IMG/VR virus record: IMGVR_UViG_3300045988_051752
Strand: one strand, 5' to 3'
Length of the DNA: 42,218 nucleotides
Origin: a virus
Each line of letters begins with the position of its first letter. Within the stretch, counting starts at the first letter, position 1. The notes below the pieces were generated by a model. That model was not told where the DNA came from, did no database searches, and worked only from the letters and a program-made list of their open reading frames with translations. Below, piece by piece: positions 40,013-42,218 of the stretch. The position numbers were made by a program, and so were the translations under genes.

Positions 40013-42218
40013 ATGGCATCACAGGCACAGATTAAAGCAAGAGAAAATATTATGAATATTAGAAGAAAACGGGAAGAAGAGGAGAACTCTTCCCGTTTTT
40101 CGTATTCAGAGAATGAAGACCCGATGACAGTGGCAAGAAGAAACATATCCACGATCAGAGGAAAGCAGCTGACGGATAACACAAGCAGATTAGACAGCCT
40201 GAGAAAGTCAGCAGAGGAAAGAAGAATAAGGCAGGAAGCGCTGAATAAATACAAGAGGATCGTAGGAACGGATAATGCGGAAGAAGTAAAGAGAATAAGC
40301 AGTGTAGGACAGGCGTTGGACGAAAGAATACAAAGGTCAATGGGCGTCAAGGGAGACAGGATCGGCTCAGAGAGACTGGAAAGAGCTGTAGCTTTGGATC
40401 GAATGAAAAAAAGCACAGCAGAAAAGAATGCACTTGAAAAAGACACGCAGTATTACAAAAGGCTTCTGACAGATGATTCCCAGATGGATGCAAGCACCAG
40501 AAGACAGGCGCTTGAAAAATTAAAAAGGACCATCATGACAGAACAGATCACCGGGGATTCAAAGACGCTTTCCGACCTTTCCAAAAGCTTCTCAAACGCA
40601 ACCGGAAAGAAGGTATCACAGACAGATGCCTATCAGATGCTGGAAAATGCCCAGGGACAAATCGACCGCGACAAATACGACCAGAAGATGGGAGAAAAGC
40701 GGAAAGAGCTGGAAAAGGTTCTGGATGAAAAGGGATTTGAAACAGCGGCAAAAAAAGGAAGCCAGATTGCACAAAAAAAGACAGTATACAATGCTGATAT
40801 GCTGGCAGGATACCAGAACGAGGACAAATCATACCCTGATATTTTCAAGAACCAGACAGAGTACGAACAGTACCAGGACATGGCAGATACAGAGAAGGAT
40901 GTATTTGATTACTATCTGGCCACAGAAGGAGTACAGAAAGCAAAAGAATACTTAAATACCATAAAGAGGGATATCACAAAGAGACAGAACGAAGCTTACA
41001 CAGAAAAAATGAAGCAGTATGCAACGGAACACCCTGTATTATCATCGGATTCCTCGGTGGCAGCAGGATTTGCAACAGGCCTCGGAGCTTTGGAGACTAT
41101 ACGCCAGAATGCAGAGAACGTCCTGACGGGAAACAATGTGCCGGTAGACATCAATTCAAAACTGTTCAGACCGATAAATGCCCAGAATACAATCAGAAAC
41201 ACTGTGATGGAAAACTTCCGGGGAAGCGAAGATGTAAAAGCACTAAAGAGATTCCTGTATCAGACCGGAATGTCTATGGCAGATTTTGGAACACAGGCGG
41301 CAGCAGGAGCATTAGTGGGAGGATTTGCAGGAGAAGCCGCATCTTTTGCCGGAGCATCTGCAGAGAGGGCGGCACAGATCACAGCAACGATATCGAAGAA
41401 CGCATCACTTCCGATCATGGGAGCAGGAGCAATGTCCCAGACAGTGAAAGAAGTAATCGAGAATGGAGGAACCAACGATCAGGCTATGCAGCTGGGACTG
41501 ATTGCGGGAGCGGCGGAAATGGTAACGGAGAGGCTGGGAATCGACAATCTTTCTAAGTTATCAAGCCAGGGTGTAAATTCTGTAAAGAGGGCAGTACACA
41601 AGATCATCGCAGAAGGTGCGATCCCGGAAGGTCTGGAAGAAGTTGTTTCGGACATCGTAAACAACGTTGCCAACGACGCGATCATGCAGGAAAACTCCGA
41701 TTTTAATCAGGCTGTTGAGCGGTACATGACACCGAATGCAATGACGGGGGAACACATTTCAAGAAGACAGGCAGAAGATCTGGCAATGAAAGACAGAATC
41801 AAGAATATGGCACTTTCATTTGCAGGAGGGGCACTGTCCGGCGGAATCATGGCAGCAGGAGCCTACGGAAGCGGATATGTCGAGGGAGGAAAAACAGGAA
41901 GAGCGCTGAATGAGTACTACGGAATCAGCGACGAAACATTGATAAATGACGCAAAGGCACTGGAAGGAACAAATGCAAAGGAATTAGCAGAATACTACGA
42001 GGGAAAAGGAAAGCTCACAGACAGAAAAAAAGCAGAATTATACAATCAGATTTTAAAGGACACAAAAGGAGAATACACACCATCACCGGAAATCACACAG
42101 AACAAGACGGAAGATACACAGACCGGGGAGGGAATCGCACAGGAAGCAAGGCCGGTAGAATTGACAGCGGAAGATTTACAAGAACCGCAGATTGACGCAC
42201 AGGCAAAAGAAAAAAAAG
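40013..42218 (+). CDS. Giant multidomain (polyvalent-type) virion/ejection protein, 5' part; the ORF leaves the window and continues at 1..6938
   Basis: RBS AAGGAGGAG at 40001-40009, ATG at 40013. My manual translation finds no stop in this frame up to 42218. Its phase matches ORF 18..6938 once the 75-bp overlap is collapsed (42146 corresponds to position 3). It is missing from the ORF track because it has no in-window stop. The N-terminal region is Ala/Gly-rich and hydrophobic (GAGAMSQ..., MALSFAGGALSGGIMAAGAYG). Confidence 0.85.
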   Translation, partial: MASQAQIKARENIMNIRRKREEEENSSRFSYSENEDPMTVARRNISTIRGKQLTDNTSRLDSLRKSAEERRIRQEALNKYKRIVGTDNAEEVKRISSVGQALDERIQRSMGVKGDRIGSERLERAVALDRMKKSTAEKNALEKDTQYYKRLLTDDSQMDASTRRQALEKLKRTIMTEQITGDSKTLSDLSKSFSNATGKKVSQTDAYQMLENAQGQIDRDKYDQKMGEKRKELEKVLDEKGFETAAKKGSQIAQKKTVYNADMLAGYQNEDKSYPDIFKNQTEYEQYQDMADTEKDVFDYYLATEGVQKAKEYLNTIKRDITKRQNEAYTEKMKQYATEHPVLSSDSSVAAGFATGLGALETIRQNAENVLTGNNVPVDINSKLFRPINAQNTIRNTVMENFRGSEDVKALKRFLYQTGMSMADFGTQAAAGALVGGFAGEAASFAGASAERAAQITATISKNASLPIMGAGAMSQTVKEVIENGGTNDQAMQLGLIAGAAEMVTERLGIDNLSKLSSQGVNSVKRAVHKIIAEGAIPEGLEEVVSDIVNNVANDAIMQENSDFNQAVERYMTPNAMTGEHISRRQAEDLAMKDRIKNMALSFAGGALSGGIMAAGAYGSGYVEGGKTGRALNEYYGISDETLINDAKALEGTNAKELAEYYEGKGKLTDRKKAELYNQILKDTKGEYTPSPEITQNKTEDTQTGEGIAQEARPVELTAEDLQEPQIDAQAKEKK
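42144..42218. repeat. Terminal direct repeat, copy B (identical to 1-75)
   Basis: Same 75-mer as bases 1-75. It lies inside an open reading frame, which fits an assembly overlap of a circular molecule better than a physical terminus. Confidence 0.97.

Larger units (their letters stand above)
1..42218. mobile_element. Complete circularly closed temperate tailed-phage genome (unique length 42,143 bp plus a 75-bp end overlap)
   Basis: The window holds a full phage gene set: terS/terL/portal/scaffold/capsid, fibre genes, holin+endolysin, serine integrase, XRE repressor, Rep/SSB and methylases. The first 75 nt equal the last 75 nt, and one ORF is continuous across the joined ends. Confidence 0.9.

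Noticed and set aside
1-42218. tRNA genes, CRISPR arrays, a reverse transcriptase/DGR, transposases, or stop-codon reassignment
   Set aside because: I found no cloverleaf-like T-arm sequences, no spacer-repeat arrays, and no RT or transposase motifs in any long ORF. All long genes are intact under the standard code apart from the two poly-G frameshifts. This was a visual scan only; tRNAscan or Infernal could still find something.

Overview
The window is a complete, circularly closed temperate tailed-phage genome. Bases 1-75 are identical to 42144-42218, so the unique length is 42,143 bp. Signals point to a Firmicutes/Clostridia-type host: AGGAGG ribosome-binding sites, an XhlA + holin + GH24 lysozyme lysis cassette, and Prp/L27-type cleavage motifs. 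All functional calls come from motif recognition by eye; no homology search was possible.

Gene order on the circle:
- Packaging and head (24.9-31.5 kb): terS, terL, portal, Prp-like protease, scaffold, major capsid.
- Virion and fibre genes (31.5-40.0 kb): a collagen-like BppU-type fibre, a polytopic membrane protein and a LysM protein. I could not recognise a tail tube, sheath or tape measure.
- A giant ORF that runs off the window end at 40013 and continues to 6938. It totals 9,069 nt (3,022 aa) and is absent from the supplied ORF track as a single gene.
- Lysis cassette (7.0-8.2 kb), then four cargo ORFs.
- Terminator and a large imperfect palindrome, which is a candidate attP.
- Large serine integrase on the minus strand, then a lysogeny region (11.3-14.0 kb) with two HTH regulators, a tandem OB-fold protein and an SH3b membrane protein.
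- A long plus-strand early operon (14.1-23.3 kb): HUH-type Rep, SSB, and a DNA-modification cluster.
- A self-contained minus-strand cassette (23.35-24.82 kb).

Most notable observations:
1. The junction-spanning giant gene with an HExxH motif.
2. Two DNA-modification genes (C5-MTase-like and PAPS-reductase-like) are each split at a poly-G tract. Both have the same G GGG GGG geometry and both need the same -1 correction.
3. A ribbon-helix-helix-led four-gene cassette is controlled by three TATATTT-N4-AAATATA palindromes between divergent promoters, next to a promoter-to-terminator unit that looks like a small RNA.
4. A phage-encoded Prp protease, with L27-like LLTFF motifs at the N-termini of both scaffold and capsid.
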